Notes: a model not told the origin generated them from the letters alone. A stretch of DNA of 64,000 nt from Bacteroidaceae bacterium (GCA_045654565.1 JAZONP010000219.1:4153-68152), one strand, 5' to 3'; numbered from the stretch's first letter, positions 8,742 through 19,819 are shown. A program made the numbers and translations.

Positions 8742-10826
8742 TTACATCCAGCCATTACCGCCCGTCTTACGTACGGTGATAGCGATAGACTGCTTATTGA
8801 TGACCTGTGAATTTTCATTGTGAACCTCTATGGTGGCGGTTGTCACACCAGGCTCAACACCAGTCACCACCAACTGAGTATTGTTAGCTATATTAGCATC
8901 AGCAACTGTCGTAGAAGCGAGTTTCACAATGTAGTAGAATTTTTCACCATCAACGAAGAACTTCGCCAAATCGACAACTTGCTCTTCGCCAGGAGCAACA
9001 ACAACATTAGGCACACGCATATCGCTACCAGCACCACCCTTAATCGCCTCAAGCAATGCGCCAGCATCAATGAGGGTGCCCATCTTGCCCCGATAGTTGT
9101 TCAACTTCATCTGCACCACAGAGTAGCCTGCCGATGAGTGGTTGTAGTTGTACACCTTGGTCTTATCAACGTAATAATGATCCAGATCGCGAGAAGTAGC
9201 TTTCATCAGTTCGACAAACTCCTCAGCCTTGAAGTGACGACGCTGCTTTAGTGCATACGACAAGCCGAGGGCCGCCACACCCGACACGTGGGGGCAGCTC
9301 ATCGATGTTCCCTCGTAGTATCCATAGCTTGCCTCACCATTGATAACCAAGGTAGAGAGGATAGCACCATTGGGATTCATCCAATCGGTGCCGTCATTGT
9401 TCTCGAGGAGTGTACCATAGTACTCGGTATCACCACCTGGAGCCGAGAAGTCAACTTCTACACCATAATCAGTATATCCTGCGGGAGTATAGTCGGCTGC
9501 AATGGCTGCCACGCTCAAACACTTGGAATAGGCGGAGGGGAAAGCTGGCATAGCAGAATATTCGTTACCAGCAGCAAAGATGGCAATACCACCTTCGATA
9601 ACGCCATTGGGCGAACCCGCATTGTGGATAAAGTAGTCGATAGCCTCCTTCTCCAGCGGATAAAGGGTCGACCACTCCTCCTCGGAGGCTGGACCGGGAG
9701 TATAGCCCTCCATCATATTGGCCAAAGCACTGTTGTAACCCCAGCTACACTGCACAATGACAGCCCCATTATCGGCTGCATACTTGAAGGCGCGCGCCTC
9801 CTGGGCAAGTGTCACCGAATACATGCCATCAATAACCTGGCACGACATGATGCGTACACCTGTACCTGGAGTACCATTACCACCAGCCACGCCACATACG
9901 CCCTCGCCATTATTGTTAGCAGCAGCAATAGTACCAGCCACGTGTGTTCCATGACCAGTATCGTAATTCTCAGACCAACAAATAACTGGAGAATTCTTCA
10001 CGAAGTTGTATCCATAACGGTCACCGGCATAGCCGTTACCATCATTATCCTCATTTGAGGCATACTCTTCATCCTCATTTACCCACATATTGGCAGCAAG
10101 GTCCGGGTGACTCCACATCACGCCCTCATCGAGCACAGCTACGATAATCTCTGGGTCGCCTGCCTCGGGGTAGATATTCCATGCCTGCTGACAGTTCACA
10201 TCGGCACCAGGAAGGGCGAGCGCATTCCACTCGGGTTGCTCAATCTCAGGATATCCTCCATTGTTAATATAACCCCATTGGAAATATAACCCCTTGTCAT
10301 TGAATGGTGCGTTAGCCACATTGGGAGCACTATTGAAACGCTCACGGCTGATGGCTACGGGTTTGCTTTCTCTGCGGTCAACACGCTTCAATGTCGTATT
10401 GCACTGAATCTTCGACACCTCACCCAGTTGTTTGAGGCTACGGATTGCTACCTTAAGGTCGGTACTCTTATCAAAACGTACAATATACCAAAGATGCATA
10501 CCACCCTCACGAGTACGCTCCTCATGACGGGGATCAATGGGGAACACACGCTCCAATTCATAGCTACCAAGGATACGTAAGACCTCATCGGTAGAGGGAA
10601 TACCACTACGAGTCATCACCCTATCAGAAGCCTCCTCGGCAATCTGGTCGAGAATGGCAGTCATCTCAGGCACGAACTTGATAAGCAATTCACCTTCCTC
10701 GGCATCTTCGGGGATGAAAATGTCTTCAGATTCGGATACAACACCATTCGTCACATCAAACTCTGCATCGTTACAAGCGGCAACAAACAGCCCTATGATA
10801 AGGGCATATATATAGGTTCTTTTCAT
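8742..10826 (-). CDS. S8 subtilisin-like serine protease lipoprotein with I9-like propeptide
   Basis: Lipobox LFVAAC. The catalytic triad motifs are VAVLDEGV (Asp), HGTHVAGTIAA (His) and GTSMSCPHVSGVAAL (Ser). Confidence 0.9.
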   Translation of the reverse strand: MKRTYIYALIIGLFVAACNDAEFDVTNGVVSESEDIFIPEDAEEGELLIKFVPEMTAILDQIAEEASDRVMTRSGIPSTDEVLRILGSYELERVFPIDPRHEERTREGGMHLWYIVRFDKSTDLKVAIRSLKQLGEVSKIQCNTTLKRVDRRESKPVAISRERFNSAPNVANAPFNDKGLYFQWGYINNGGYPEIEQPEWNALALPGADVNCQQAWNIYPEAGDPEIIVAVLDEGVMWSHPDLAANMWVNEDEEYASNEDNDGNGYAGDRYGYNFVKNSPVICWSENYDTGHGTHVAGTIAAANNNGEGVCGVAGGNGTPGTGVRIMSCQVIDGMYSVTLAQEARAFKYAADNGAVIVQCSWGYNSALANMMEGYTPGPASEEEWSTLYPLEKEAIDYFIHNAGSPNGVIEGGIAIFAAGNEYSAMPAFPSAYSKCLSVAAIAADYTPAGYTDYGVEVDFSAPGGDTEYYGTLLENNDGTDWMNPNGAILSTLVINGEASYGYYEGTSMSCPHVSGVAALGLSYALKQRRHFKAEEFVELMKATSRDLDHYYVDKTKVYNYNHSSAGYSVVQMKLNNYRGKMGTLIDAGALLEAIKGGAGSDMRVPNVVVAPGEEQVVDLAKFFVDGEKFYYIVKLASTTVADANIANNTQLVVTGVEPGVTTATIEVHNENSQVINKQSIAITVRKTGGNGWM

Positions 10827-10841
10827 ATTCCGTATAGCGTC

Positions 10842-12575
10842 TTAATCTTCAAATTCCTCCTTTATCTCATACTTCTCACGATAACCGGGGAAGAAATTGA
10901 AGTAATATTCATAATCGGTCGGTTCATTATCAAACTTTGAAGGCTTACCCTCAGAGTCGTAGGCATTGACTTGCTGCATATAGACAAGCGATTCGGGGAA
11001 CCAGTCGAGCAAATGGGGATGATAGAGGAGCCAACCGGGCAGTTTACCTGTAAAGAAATTGAGGTTCAAGGTAAGGCGTTTCATATTGGGAAGAATCTTA
11101 GGTCGCTCCTCAAGAGCAAGATTCTTGATGGTATCGCCGCCCCAAGCTGCGACATCGGCAGCACTCCATGCTACTACGCCATCTTCGCCCACCTTGAAGT
11201 CGGGAATCTGACCCTCAATATAATTGTTTGAGAGACGCAACTCCTCCAAATTCTCCCAAAGGAGCAAACGACGCAAAGAGTTATCCTCATTTACAGTAGA
11301 CCTAAAGTGCATGCCTATGCCATCCTCATAATTATCCTTCTTACGAAGATCCGAAACCGTCCAGCGACGACAAGCCAGAAGGTCGAGCTTCTTCAGCTTG
11401 GGGAAGTTCTCTGGAGTAAGTATTGAGGGTACCTCGGGGAAGTTATTTGAGTTGAGATCAAGCGACTCGAGTTTATCACCGAGCTTCACGAAATCATCGG
11501 GCAACGACACCAAGCCAAAAGCACCAATCTGTAGGTGTTTCAGATATTCAAGATCACAAATCTCACTGCCGAGTTCAATGCTCAGCAACATAGTATTGAC
11601 ATTACTGTAGATGTTGAGTGTCTCGATATACTTGAGATAACGCAACTCCAAAGGAATGCTTTCCTTGGTATTGGACATCATGAAGTTTGCCTCACGCACA
11701 CGACCAATAGCTTCACGGGGCACTTCCCCATTGAGAATTTCTTTATCGGTGCTATACCAAAGCTTTACATTTTCCCAATACTGCATATTCTCACTCATAT
11801 CCCATGGACTCAAGAGCTGCAGACGATTGATAATGGTAACCACTGCCAAAGAGTCACCCAAACGATTATCTGGAATTACAGGAGCAGCCTCCTGAGTAAG
11901 AGTCAAAGTAGCAACCTTCTCCAACTTGTCGGCCTCATCAAGCGGAAGGAAGTTGACAAAGGCAACACGAGCAATGGTGTCAGAATTGATTTTCCAGTCG
12001 AACCTCACCTTGGTAGAACGTGGGCGTGAGGGACGATCAAGATTGGGTTTCACCTCCGCATCTTTAGGGGTAAGCCATGTAATCGGATTATTCAAGCTAT
12101 CAACAACATTGATTCTGAAATTCACATTAGAACCCACCTCTATCTCAAAATAACGGTCACTAATACGATTGGTAGCTGCTTCAATTGTTATAGTCGAGTC
12201 CTTAAGGTTGATAAACTTACCGAAACCAGCTTGTTCGATCATCACAGTGTGTCTGTCGCCTTCAGCGGTCTCGAAGGTCAGCTTGGCCTCACGAACATTG
12301 TTACTCAATGTCGAGTCAACAAAGATGCTACATTTGGTTTGACCGATACCATTAGCTGGAGAGATACTTACCCAAGGTTGGTTAGCACTGGCAGTCCACT
12401 CTACCACTGAAGATACCTGAATATACTCGGTACCACCCTCGGGGGCAGCAAAGATACCTTCCAGCTTATCAATGGTAAAGCTCTCATAATTGTCATTTTC
12501 TTCACGACAAGATGCAAAGAACGCTACAGCTATAGCAAATAATATAGTTATCTTCTTCATATTCGTCCATTTCAT
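10842..12575 (-). CDS. surface lipoprotein with N-terminal BACON-like domain and leucine-rich repeats
   Basis: Lipobox FFASC. BACON-like segment GGTEYIQVSSVVEWTASANQPWVSISPANG...KCSIFVD. C-terminal LRR units include L.YLKHLQI, LESLDLNSNNF and LEELRLSNNYI. Its start abuts the stop of the upstream gene (12575/12576). Confidence 0.7.
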   Translation of the reverse strand: MKWTNMKKITILFAIAVAFFASCREENDNYESFTIDKLEGIFAAPEGGTEYIQVSSVVEWTASANQPWVSISPANGIGQTKCSIFVDSTLSNNVREAKLTFETAEGDRHTVMIEQAGFGKFINLKDSTITIEAATNRISDRYFEIEVGSNVNFRINVVDSLNNPITWLTPKDAEVKPNLDRPSRPRSTKVRFDWKINSDTIARVAFVNFLPLDEADKLEKVATLTLTQEAAPVIPDNRLGDSLAVVTIINRLQLLSPWDMSENMQYWENVKLWYSTDKEILNGEVPREAIGRVREANFMMSNTKESIPLELRYLKYIETLNIYSNVNTMLLSIELGSEICDLEYLKHLQIGAFGLVSLPDDFVKLGDKLESLDLNSNNFPEVPSILTPENFPKLKKLDLLACRRWTVSDLRKKDNYEDGIGMHFRSTVNEDNSLRRLLLWENLEELRLSNNYIEGQIPDFKVGEDGVVAWSAADVAAWGGDTIKNLALEERPKILPNMKRLTLNLNFFTGKLPGWLLYHPHLLDWFPESLVYMQQVNAYDSEGKPSKFDNEPTDYEYYFNFFPGYREKYEIKEEFED

Positions 12576-15281
12576 TTATTCGAGCAAATAGTCACACCCA
12601 CGGATATCCTGAGTCTTATCATAAATAAGCAGGTTGTAACCCAAGCGATAGTAATCACATACGTCTGACAAGTCAATAGAGATGTTAGGATTGTCCTTAA
12701 TCTCAAAATAGCGGAGATAGGGAGATATGGTGTCGTCAATCTTACCCAAATCATTCGAACCTACATAGAATGCGACGAGACTGGGACAAGTGTAGAGTCC
12801 CGTAGGCCATGTCTTGAGTGTACGGTTACCTTGCGCATCACGTTGATGGCGCAAACCGAAAGTGGTCAAATAGGCACCATCAAGCGGTTCGTAGGGAAAC
12901 TCTTCAAAGCAGTTGTAGCTGAGGTCAATGCCATAGAGATAGGGGAGATTGTCAGCCCAAAAATCCTTAGGCAAATCAGTCAGTTTGTTATAACTGAGAT
13001 CAAGAGTCTGCAAGAACTTTGCGTACTTACCCTTCATCGACCCTTCAGGAATATTCGTCATGCCATTACCAGAAAGCACCAATGTTGTCATGGGCGAAGC
13101 AGTGGCAAAAAGGACGGAGGGCATAGACTCCAAGCGATTATACGAGAGCGACACTGAGGTTGCATTGATACCACGGTGAGCATCTCCATTCTCAAAACCT
13201 TCGATCTCATTATAAGAGAAGTCTACCGATGCCATGACATTTACCGACTTGGCATTGAACACATTGGGGACCAACTTGAGTTGGTTGTTGGTGCACGAAA
13301 AGAGCTCTACATCATAGTAACCGAAGAAATACTCATATCCGTCAGCATCAAGGTGTCCGGGAATCTCTTTAATCTTATTATAATCAAGATAGAACTTGGT
13401 GAGGTTCACATTCTTACCGAAAGGATGCAAGGTTTCGATCTGATTATTGGTGCAGTCGAGCAAAGCTAATTTGACCATCTTGCTCAGGTGCTCATATTCA
13501 GGAAACTCCTTCAAGTTGTTGTAGCCCATATAAAGCAATTGTAAACGGTCACCACTATTGCCTTCGATGATACTTATCCAATCCTTCTTGAGCTGCTCGG
13601 CACTAATGCCGTTATTGCAAGCGATGTTGAGTGACTGCAATTCGGGTAAGCCATCCTCATCGAACATTTCCATGGGAAGGCTATCCAACTCGGCACAATT
13701 GTAAATCTCCACATCGGTAAGCAACTCCAGGTCGCTCCAGCTCCACTCCGACTGCTCCTCATAGAAAGGAGAGTTATCCTTCACGTCCATAAAGAACTGC
13801 TCTGTAGTGATGGGCGAATTGGCAATATAAAACTGCTGCAATTTGGTGAGACGCATCATCGCACGTGAGATACCCTTAATCTGGTTGGTCTTCTTTCCAA
13901 ACTGTACGTCTTTCAGGTTGATACGACTGCTTGGAGTAATAGCCGGCTGCTTACCATCACGATTAATCTGTTCCTTCAATATATCAGAGAGCCCCTCACG
14001 AACATCGCGAGCAAGGAACTTATCATGATAATCCATGCGAATAGCCTGCTTCTGCTCAATGCTCATATTAGCACTGACATCCTCAAAGAGATGTCCTCCT
14101 AACAACTCGTCATGAGTACCCAATGAGAGAACTTCCAACTCAGTGAGCTGACCGATAGCATCGGGCACATAACCACGAGCGCCCATACCTGCCAATGACA
14201 ATGACACCACACGGCCACCATCACCAAGAGCAACACCTGGTTGCTGACCCCATAGATCAAGATCCTTGTTGAAGTCCCAGTTACATCCAGGAGCCTCAGC
14301 CTCGCCGTAGTAGCTCCAGTGCGGTCCATCCAGAGCATCCCAAATCTCTTTCAGAGCGAGATAGTCCTTGATGTACTCAGCTGTTTCACTTAGAAGTATG
14401 GTAATCTCCACATTTTCAGCAAATTCATTATCTCCTACAACAAATGGCTTGGCAGCCTTTACCACTGCTGTTTCAAGGGCCTTTGTGGCTTTTTTATCCG
14501 AATATGTAGTATAGTTCAAGACTACATACTCGCCAGCTTTAAGCCACACTACGGTATCAACAGCCAACGAGGTAGTCTGTGCATTATATCCAGAGCCATC
14601 CACTGAATAATCGTGAAAATCCTCTTCAAGCTGCACCAACACATTCTTTATATCTACAGGTTCATGGCCACCCCCAGACAGAATTCGTCCTAAAGTAAAA
14701 CTAACCGCCTTGATATCACTAAAAGGATAGGCTCCCGACTCAGCAGCACGAGTTGCTGGAGTGGTAAAACTCTCAGGCTTGATTAGGCGGAACGAAGCCT
14801 TACCACGAGGAACAACGTCCACCGCAAGGTCTTGGTAGACAAGCCCACCCTCAACAATAGTAAATGACAAAGCCGATGAAGACAACTCCTCAGTAGCGAT
14901 TACCTCATCAACCTTACCATACAAACGGTAACCCGTCACTGTATACTCACCCGCCAACAACTGCAATTTGTCGCTACGCATACCGTATGCAGCATTCTCA
15001 ACATCATAGGAACGGAGCATGAGTGTCTGCTCGATCACCGAACCATCAGGACGCTCCAACGACACACCCACTTTGTAAGCATCAGAAAGATACTCCAACG
15101 GATCACTACCACGAGTAGCTCCCTCCTTGGGTGCCGTGTCATTCTTGAAGAGTCTGAACTGCACATAGCCATACGCAGCATTTAGCTCGTCATCCTTTTC
15201 AGTGCAACCCGTGAAGCCCACCATGGCACACACGGCAACGACCAAGGCAACAAAGGAATTACGGAATAATGAATATTTCAT
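12576..15281 (-). CDS. large surface lipoprotein with leucine-rich repeat C-terminal half
   Basis: Lipobox GFTGC. It carries many LRR units (LQTLDLSYNKLTDLP, IDLSYNCFEEFP, LTKFYLDYNKIKEIP). Confidence 0.7.
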   Translation of the reverse strand: MKYSLFRNSFVALVVAVCAMVGFTGCTEKDDELNAAYGYVQFRLFKNDTAPKEGATRGSDPLEYLSDAYKVGVSLERPDGSVIEQTLMLRSYDVENAAYGMRSDKLQLLAGEYTVTGYRLYGKVDEVIATEELSSSALSFTIVEGGLVYQDLAVDVVPRGKASFRLIKPESFTTPATRAAESGAYPFSDIKAVSFTLGRILSGGGHEPVDIKNVLVQLEEDFHDYSVDGSGYNAQTTSLAVDTVVWLKAGEYVVLNYTTYSDKKATKALETAVVKAAKPFVVGDNEFAENVEITILLSETAEYIKDYLALKEIWDALDGPHWSYYGEAEAPGCNWDFNKDLDLWGQQPGVALGDGGRVVSLSLAGMGARGYVPDAIGQLTELEVLSLGTHDELLGGHLFEDVSANMSIEQKQAIRMDYHDKFLARDVREGLSDILKEQINRDGKQPAITPSSRINLKDVQFGKKTNQIKGISRAMMRLTKLQQFYIANSPITTEQFFMDVKDNSPFYEEQSEWSWSDLELLTDVEIYNCAELDSLPMEMFDEDGLPELQSLNIACNNGISAEQLKKDWISIIEGNSGDRLQLLYMGYNNLKEFPEYEHLSKMVKLALLDCTNNQIETLHPFGKNVNLTKFYLDYNKIKEIPGHLDADGYEYFFGYYDVELFSCTNNQLKLVPNVFNAKSVNVMASVDFSYNEIEGFENGDAHRGINATSVSLSYNRLESMPSVLFATASPMTTLVLSGNGMTNIPEGSMKGKYAKFLQTLDLSYNKLTDLPKDFWADNLPYLYGIDLSYNCFEEFPYEPLDGAYLTTFGLRHQRDAQGNRTLKTWPTGLYTCPSLVAFYVGSNDLGKIDDTISPYLRYFEIKDNPNISIDLSDVCDYYRLGYNLLIYDKTQDIRGCDYLLE

Positions 15282-15316
15282 ATATAATCTTAATAATCGT
15301 ATTTATTTATTTGCGT

Positions 15317-17299
15317 TTATTCCCAATAGTTGTAGACAACCAACGCCTTCAGATAGACATCATCGGCTGTCACAAAATAGATGATATAGTACTCTTCCTC
15401 CACCTCGTAACGAGCCTTGAATTGGACAAGCATATACTCACCCTCTTCTTCCTCCATCTTCGTGGGCTCGGCTTCATAGTGACAACCATCCGTTTTTCCT
15501 TGAGTATATTTCACGCCACTTTCACCATAGACCTCGATACGGTCATTGCGAGTCTCCTCTCCTGGGTTCCACACATCGTCTGCGAGCAAGGGGTTAAGCA
15601 GATACGAAACGCCGGTCTTTAATTCTGCTCTGAAGACCTTCTTGGGGCCGATTCCCTTAGCACCAGCTACCTTAAGCCATTTCTCCTCTGTCTCATTCGC
15701 TATGGTGAGGTATTTCCAACCGAAGTTCGCGTCGATGACTTTCAAAGAACTTTCCTCTTCAGCTTCTTGGATGAACTGAGCCACTACATACTTCACTGCA
15801 TCGTCTCTAATTTCCAGGGGGCCCTCCTCATGTCCTTCTGCCACTGCAAACAATTCTGATGCTAGGTTTTCCTTATCCTCGGCAATTACGGTGGGCAACG
15901 CAAGAAGATAGGCCGTACGCATATTGCCTTGGTTGCGCTCAAAGGTCACCTCAATATTCCCATATCCATCATCGGCAACATTCATCCAACTATCCGTCTC
16001 TGGGATAATCACACAGCCCACTTCGTTGTCATAGCTTACATGCACTAGCTGATAGCCATTGTCTGTTGTGATAGTCGCCGTAAGTGGGGCATCAAGCGTA
16101 TCGGTCAAGGTCGAAGTAGTATAGGTCTTACCATCTACAGCCACCTTCAATCCCCATCGTGCCTCGGGATCAATAGTAATATTCGTTAAGCCATATTGCG
16201 ACATCTGAACTAAAAGATACTGCTTGGCATCTGCTTTCAATGTCGTCTCACCATCAACATTTTCGTATAGAAAGTCTACTAAACCGCCTATGCCAATATT
16301 AGCTAAACTATCGGCTATAATCTTGGGAAATGCCAAGAGAGTAACATTGCGGTCCTTGCCCTCATTCTCTTTTGTTACGGAAAGAGTGAGATTGCCACAG
16401 CCATCATCAGTCAGTTCAAACCATTTCTCCTCCAATATGCTATACCCATTGATGTTGTCATAACTCAAAGGCACAACCTGATAATCGTCGTTCAAAGCCG
16501 CAACTGTAAATGAAATCGGCATCTCCTTACGTGCACCTTCCACACTGTTCACGTATACACGCTTTGCGTCTCGGGATACAACAAGAGGGTTCTCCTGTTG
16601 GCCGTCAATACGAACCGTTCGAGGCTCCATTCCCACATACTGCACGTGATAGCTACTACGATAGGTGCTATCCTTGAACAAAAGCAATGAGTCACAGTCA
16701 TTATTGAAGATATACTTCAACGAATCGGCCTTTACCCTCAAGGTCATAAGCATATCCACACGCTGCATCTCAAGCCAAGTGGGGAACTTAGTGCCAAGTT
16801 TCTCAATATTAAAGTTCGAAGCTAAATTAAGATTCAATTCACCAGAAGCGTCAATAACAATCGATTCGCCTTCTGCATATACCCTATCGCCTGAACTCAC
16901 CTCCACCGCATACTCCATAGTAGCAAGACATGTGATGCGAGCGACAACACGCTCCTCATCGTTCATTCGCATCGTAATCAAGGCCTCATCAGCTGCAAAT
17001 AGATTTTCAGGCTCACCAATCACAAATACAACATCATGCTCACCAGGCTTACCCGATGTCGTTCTGTAGTCACCATCAACACGACACCAGTCCTTATCAG
17101 AGGTCAGACGCCAATTGTATCCCACATTGAAAGAGATCAGAACAGTATCACCAGGGAACTTCTCTGCAACAATTGTATTTGCGGGAAAGCCTAATGTAGA
17201 ATCCCCCCCCATAGTCTCATCGCAGGCTGTAAAACTCCAGACTGCCATTGCCACCAAACACGACAATAAGACATTAATTTTATCTCTCATTATTTTCAT
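15317..17299 (-). CDS. hypothetical surface lipoprotein (internally repeated beta-rich domains)
   Basis: Lipobox SFTAC. It is co-directional and tightly packed within the SusC/D locus. An internal repeat is visible (..NGYSILEEKWFELTDDGCGNLTLSVTKENEGKDRNVTLLA.. versus ..VIIPETDSWMNVADDGYGNIEVTFERNQGNMRTAYLLA..). It contains a G8 tract at codons 30-33. Confidence 0.6.
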   Translation of the reverse strand: MKIMRDKINVLLSCLVAMAVWSFTACDETMGGDSTLGFPANTIVAEKFPGDTVLISFNVGYNWRLTSDKDWCRVDGDYRTTSGKPGEHDVVFVIGEPENLFAADEALITMRMNDEERVVARITCLATMEYAVEVSSGDRVYAEGESIVIDASGELNLNLASNFNIEKLGTKFPTWLEMQRVDMLMTLRVKADSLKYIFNNDCDSLLLFKDSTYRSSYHVQYVGMEPRTVRIDGQQENPLVVSRDAKRVYVNSVEGARKEMPISFTVAALNDDYQVVPLSYDNINGYSILEEKWFELTDDGCGNLTLSVTKENEGKDRNVTLLAFPKIIADSLANIGIGGLVDFLYENVDGETTLKADAKQYLLVQMSQYGLTNITIDPEARWGLKVAVDGKTYTTSTLTDTLDAPLTATITTDNGYQLVHVSYDNEVGCVIIPETDSWMNVADDGYGNIEVTFERNQGNMRTAYLLALPTVIAEDKENLASELFAVAEGHEEGPLEIRDDAVKYVVAQFIQEAEEESSLKVIDANFGWKYLTIANETEEKWLKVAGAKGIGPKKVFRAELKTGVSYLLNPLLADDVWNPGEETRNDRIEVYGESGVKYTQGKTDGCHYEAEPTKMEEEEGEYMLVQFKARYEVEEEYYIIYFVTADDVYLKALVVYNYWE

Positions 17300-17320
17300 A
17301 TTATATCCTAATCGCTCTAA

Positions 17321-18229
17321 TTAATATCCTTGATTCATTAATACATGAGCCTCGTCATCGCTAATCCACTCTATGGCCTGAATGAAAGTTCCTACGGTAT
17401 TAGTCCCCGCAGCCATACCAGGCACCCAAAGGGTGATGTATTGGTAGATGAACTTCTCGCATGCGCTATAATAGCTTACGTAGTTGCTGGGTTGGTAGAT
17501 GTGTAGCATGCCATCACCATACTTCGTACCGAAGGCCTCACCTGTGGTCACCAAAGGCTGATCATCCATCTCAATGAGCGGATTGAGCGGGTCATCGGTA
17601 GTGAAACGCAGTTTCACGTCGTAACCATCATAATAGAAGTCGCGCATGATAATGGTATTCTCCTCAGTAGAATCCACTTCCGTCTTAATCAGACGATTGT
17701 ATCCTCCTACGTAGTTATAAAGGAAGGTCGAGGTTATCATTGCATAGCCTGTAAAGGCATTGATGTCAAACGGACAAACCTTCTGCAACATGACCTTGGT
17801 CTCCAATCCCTTATTTTCATAGAGCCCCCAATGGGTTTCTTCGGGAGAAATCAGACGCAGTTTAATCTCAGGAAGGTTCTCGTCAACGGTAAGGTTCTCA
17901 TAGTGACCACGGATGCGGACGCTAGTTGCTAATTCGCCTGCTTTGATGACTACGGTGTTAGACTCTATCGTATAGTGTACACCCTCGATGGCGCTACTTT
18001 CCGTCTCTATTACCTCCACGGCAAGAGTCTGGTCTTTATCCATAGCCCTAGTAGCAGAGATATAGACATCAGCATACTCCCCATTGTCCTCCACTCCTAT
18101 AACAGAGAGAGTATCTGCAAACATAATATACTGCGGACCGCTATATACGATTCGTTCCTCTTCACAACTCGTGAAGCCTACGAACGATACAAGCGATACG
18201 ACAACACTAAACAATATCTTTTTATTCAT
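17321..18229 (-). CDS. lipoprotein, DUF4843-like (typical SusD-adjacent accessory protein)
   Basis: Lipobox GFTSC followed by ...YIMFADTL.... Its position immediately after SusD fits this family. The family name is recalled from memory and is uncertain. Confidence 0.5.
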   Translation of the reverse strand: MNKKILFSVVVSLVSFVGFTSCEEERIVYSGPQYIMFADTLSVIGVEDNGEYADVYISATRAMDKDQTLAVEVIETESSAIEGVHYTIESNTVVIKAGELATSVRIRGHYENLTVDENLPEIKLRLISPEETHWGLYENKGLETKVMLQKVCPFDINAFTGYAMITSTFLYNYVGGYNRLIKTEVDSTEENTIIMRDFYYDGYDVKLRFTTDDPLNPLIEMDDQPLVTTGEAFGTKYGDGMLHIYQPSNYVSYYSACEKFIYQYITLWVPGMAAGTNTVGTFIQAIEWISDDEAHVLMNQGY

Positions 18230-18244
18230 ATATGGTCCTCCTGA

Positions 18245-19807
18245 TTATCTATTACTTTCGTTGGGTTCTATCTTAGCATCGGGCGACTCTAACTCATGTT
18301 GTGGTATGGGCCACACGAAAAGCGGGTTATCTGCCTCCACTTTGAGGCTGCTACCGTTAGAGAGCGACTGCTGCTGTGGTGTACGCTCAAATCCCTTGTG
18401 CCAACGCTTCAGGTCTTGTAGACGGAATCCCTCCATGTAAAGTTCCTTTACGCGTTCCTCCTCAATAATATCCATTGCATTCTCTGCATTCAACGATGCC
18501 GAAGCTCCAGAGCTATAGCGCGCCTTGCGCAACTCTTCGATATCCTTTGAGGCCTTTGAATAGTCTGGATTCTGCTTTTGTGCATATGCCTCAGCACGGA
18601 TGAGATACTGCTCTGCCAAACGGAACACCTGCGGTTCAGAGACATGCAGTAACTGCGCAGCATCAAACAACTCCTGATTACCCCAATACTTGGCAAGCAA
18701 AGGCCATGTCAGCCCATGGCTATGGCCCGTAGTCACCTCCGTAAAGAATACGCTGTAACGCATGTCATTGGCAGCATAAAGTTCGAGCACCCACTGCGCA
18801 GGCACATAGTCGGGCTTATACGACGCATAGTCCCAATTGAAGAAAACCGAGCCCAAAGCACCTCCATACGATGTCGTAGTGAAACCTACCTGCCAAATGC
18901 TCTCGGTAGAGAGATTATATCGCCACATATATTCATAATAGCTGATGCTCCTATTTGTATATGACAGATAGTCTGTCATCGTAGTATATATTTGATTTGC
19001 GCTAGACAATGCAAACTTATCTTTTGCTCCATCAATGAGCAGTGACGAATATCTGATGGCATTCTCATAGTCCTTCATGTAAAGTGCCACACGTGCGCGC
19101 AACGCGTATACCGTGTATATACTGAAGTATGGGCTGCTATAGAAAGTCAGGCTTGCATCCTTCTCCTCTTCATCGGTAAGTTGCAAACAATCCTCAGCAC
19201 GCTCCAAATCTTCGATAACAAAGGCATATGAGTCCTTCAGCGACGCACGCACCAAGGGAGCATTACTATAATACTCTTTTCTCAGTACCACGCCGAGCTC
19301 ATCTGTTGCCTCATCATCACCCTCGTAAGCCTTACAGAAGAGCTTGATAAGTTCTGAGTAGGCCAAAGCGCGGGCGAAATAGGCCTCGCCGCAATATTGC
19401 TCCAAACGGTCAAAGTCGTCATCATTATAGATATTACCACGCACCTTGTCCACGTTGGCAAGCAAGAAATTGCATCGACCGATAACGTCGTACAACGCAC
19501 CATACACAGAGGTTATCTGCGAGTTGGTAGCAAGGATGTCCCAGCGCCACACGTCACCATAAGTGTTGGTATATCCGTTGACAGCATAAACCAGATCGGC
19601 TTGTAAGTCAGGCAGCAAGGTAAGGTAACCACTATAGAGAGCGCCACTGAGCCAAGCATTATAGATTCCAATGACTGCCTGATTGGCATCCTCAATGGTG
19701 GTGATAGCACTACCTGCAGGAATCTCATCTTGCGGGAACTTATCCAAACAAGATGTCAGCATACACGCGCTGAGTGCAATAAGTAGATATGATTTGAGTT
19801 TCTTCAT
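18245..19807 (-). CDS. susD: SusD/RagB-family nutrient-binding outer-membrane lipoprotein
   Basis: Lipobox LTSC. It has 520 aa and TPR-like helical content (FARALAYSELIKLF, YLIRAEAYA). It lies directly downstream of SusC. Confidence 0.9.
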   Translation of the reverse strand: MKKLKSYLLIALSACMLTSCLDKFPQDEIPAGSAITTIEDANQAVIGIYNAWLSGALYSGYLTLLPDLQADLVYAVNGYTNTYGDVWRWDILATNSQITSVYGALYDVIGRCNFLLANVDKVRGNIYNDDDFDRLEQYCGEAYFARALAYSELIKLFCKAYEGDDEATDELGVVLRKEYYSNAPLVRASLKDSYAFVIEDLERAEDCLQLTDEEEKDASLTFYSSPYFSIYTVYALRARVALYMKDYENAIRYSSLLIDGAKDKFALSSANQIYTTMTDYLSYTNRSISYYEYMWRYNLSTESIWQVGFTTTSYGGALGSVFFNWDYASYKPDYVPAQWVLELYAANDMRYSVFFTEVTTGHSHGLTWPLLAKYWGNQELFDAAQLLHVSEPQVFRLAEQYLIRAEAYAQKQNPDYSKASKDIEELRKARYSSGASASLNAENAMDIIEEERVKELYMEGFRLQDLKRWHKGFERTPQQQSLSNGSSLKVEADNPLFVWPIPQHELESPDAKIEPNESNR

Positions 19808-19819
19808 AATTCGTAGAGA

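Noticed and set aside
9288-10058. 256-aa + strand ORF inside the S8 protease gene. Similar long antisense ORFs occur at 1388-2002, 6123-6713, 39486-40241, 41718-42311, 45212-45814 and 57836-58627.
   Set aside because: All lie antisense to genes with clear catalytic or family motifs. Their composition is low-complexity, with no signal or domain features. They are expected by chance in long ORFs on the opposite strand.
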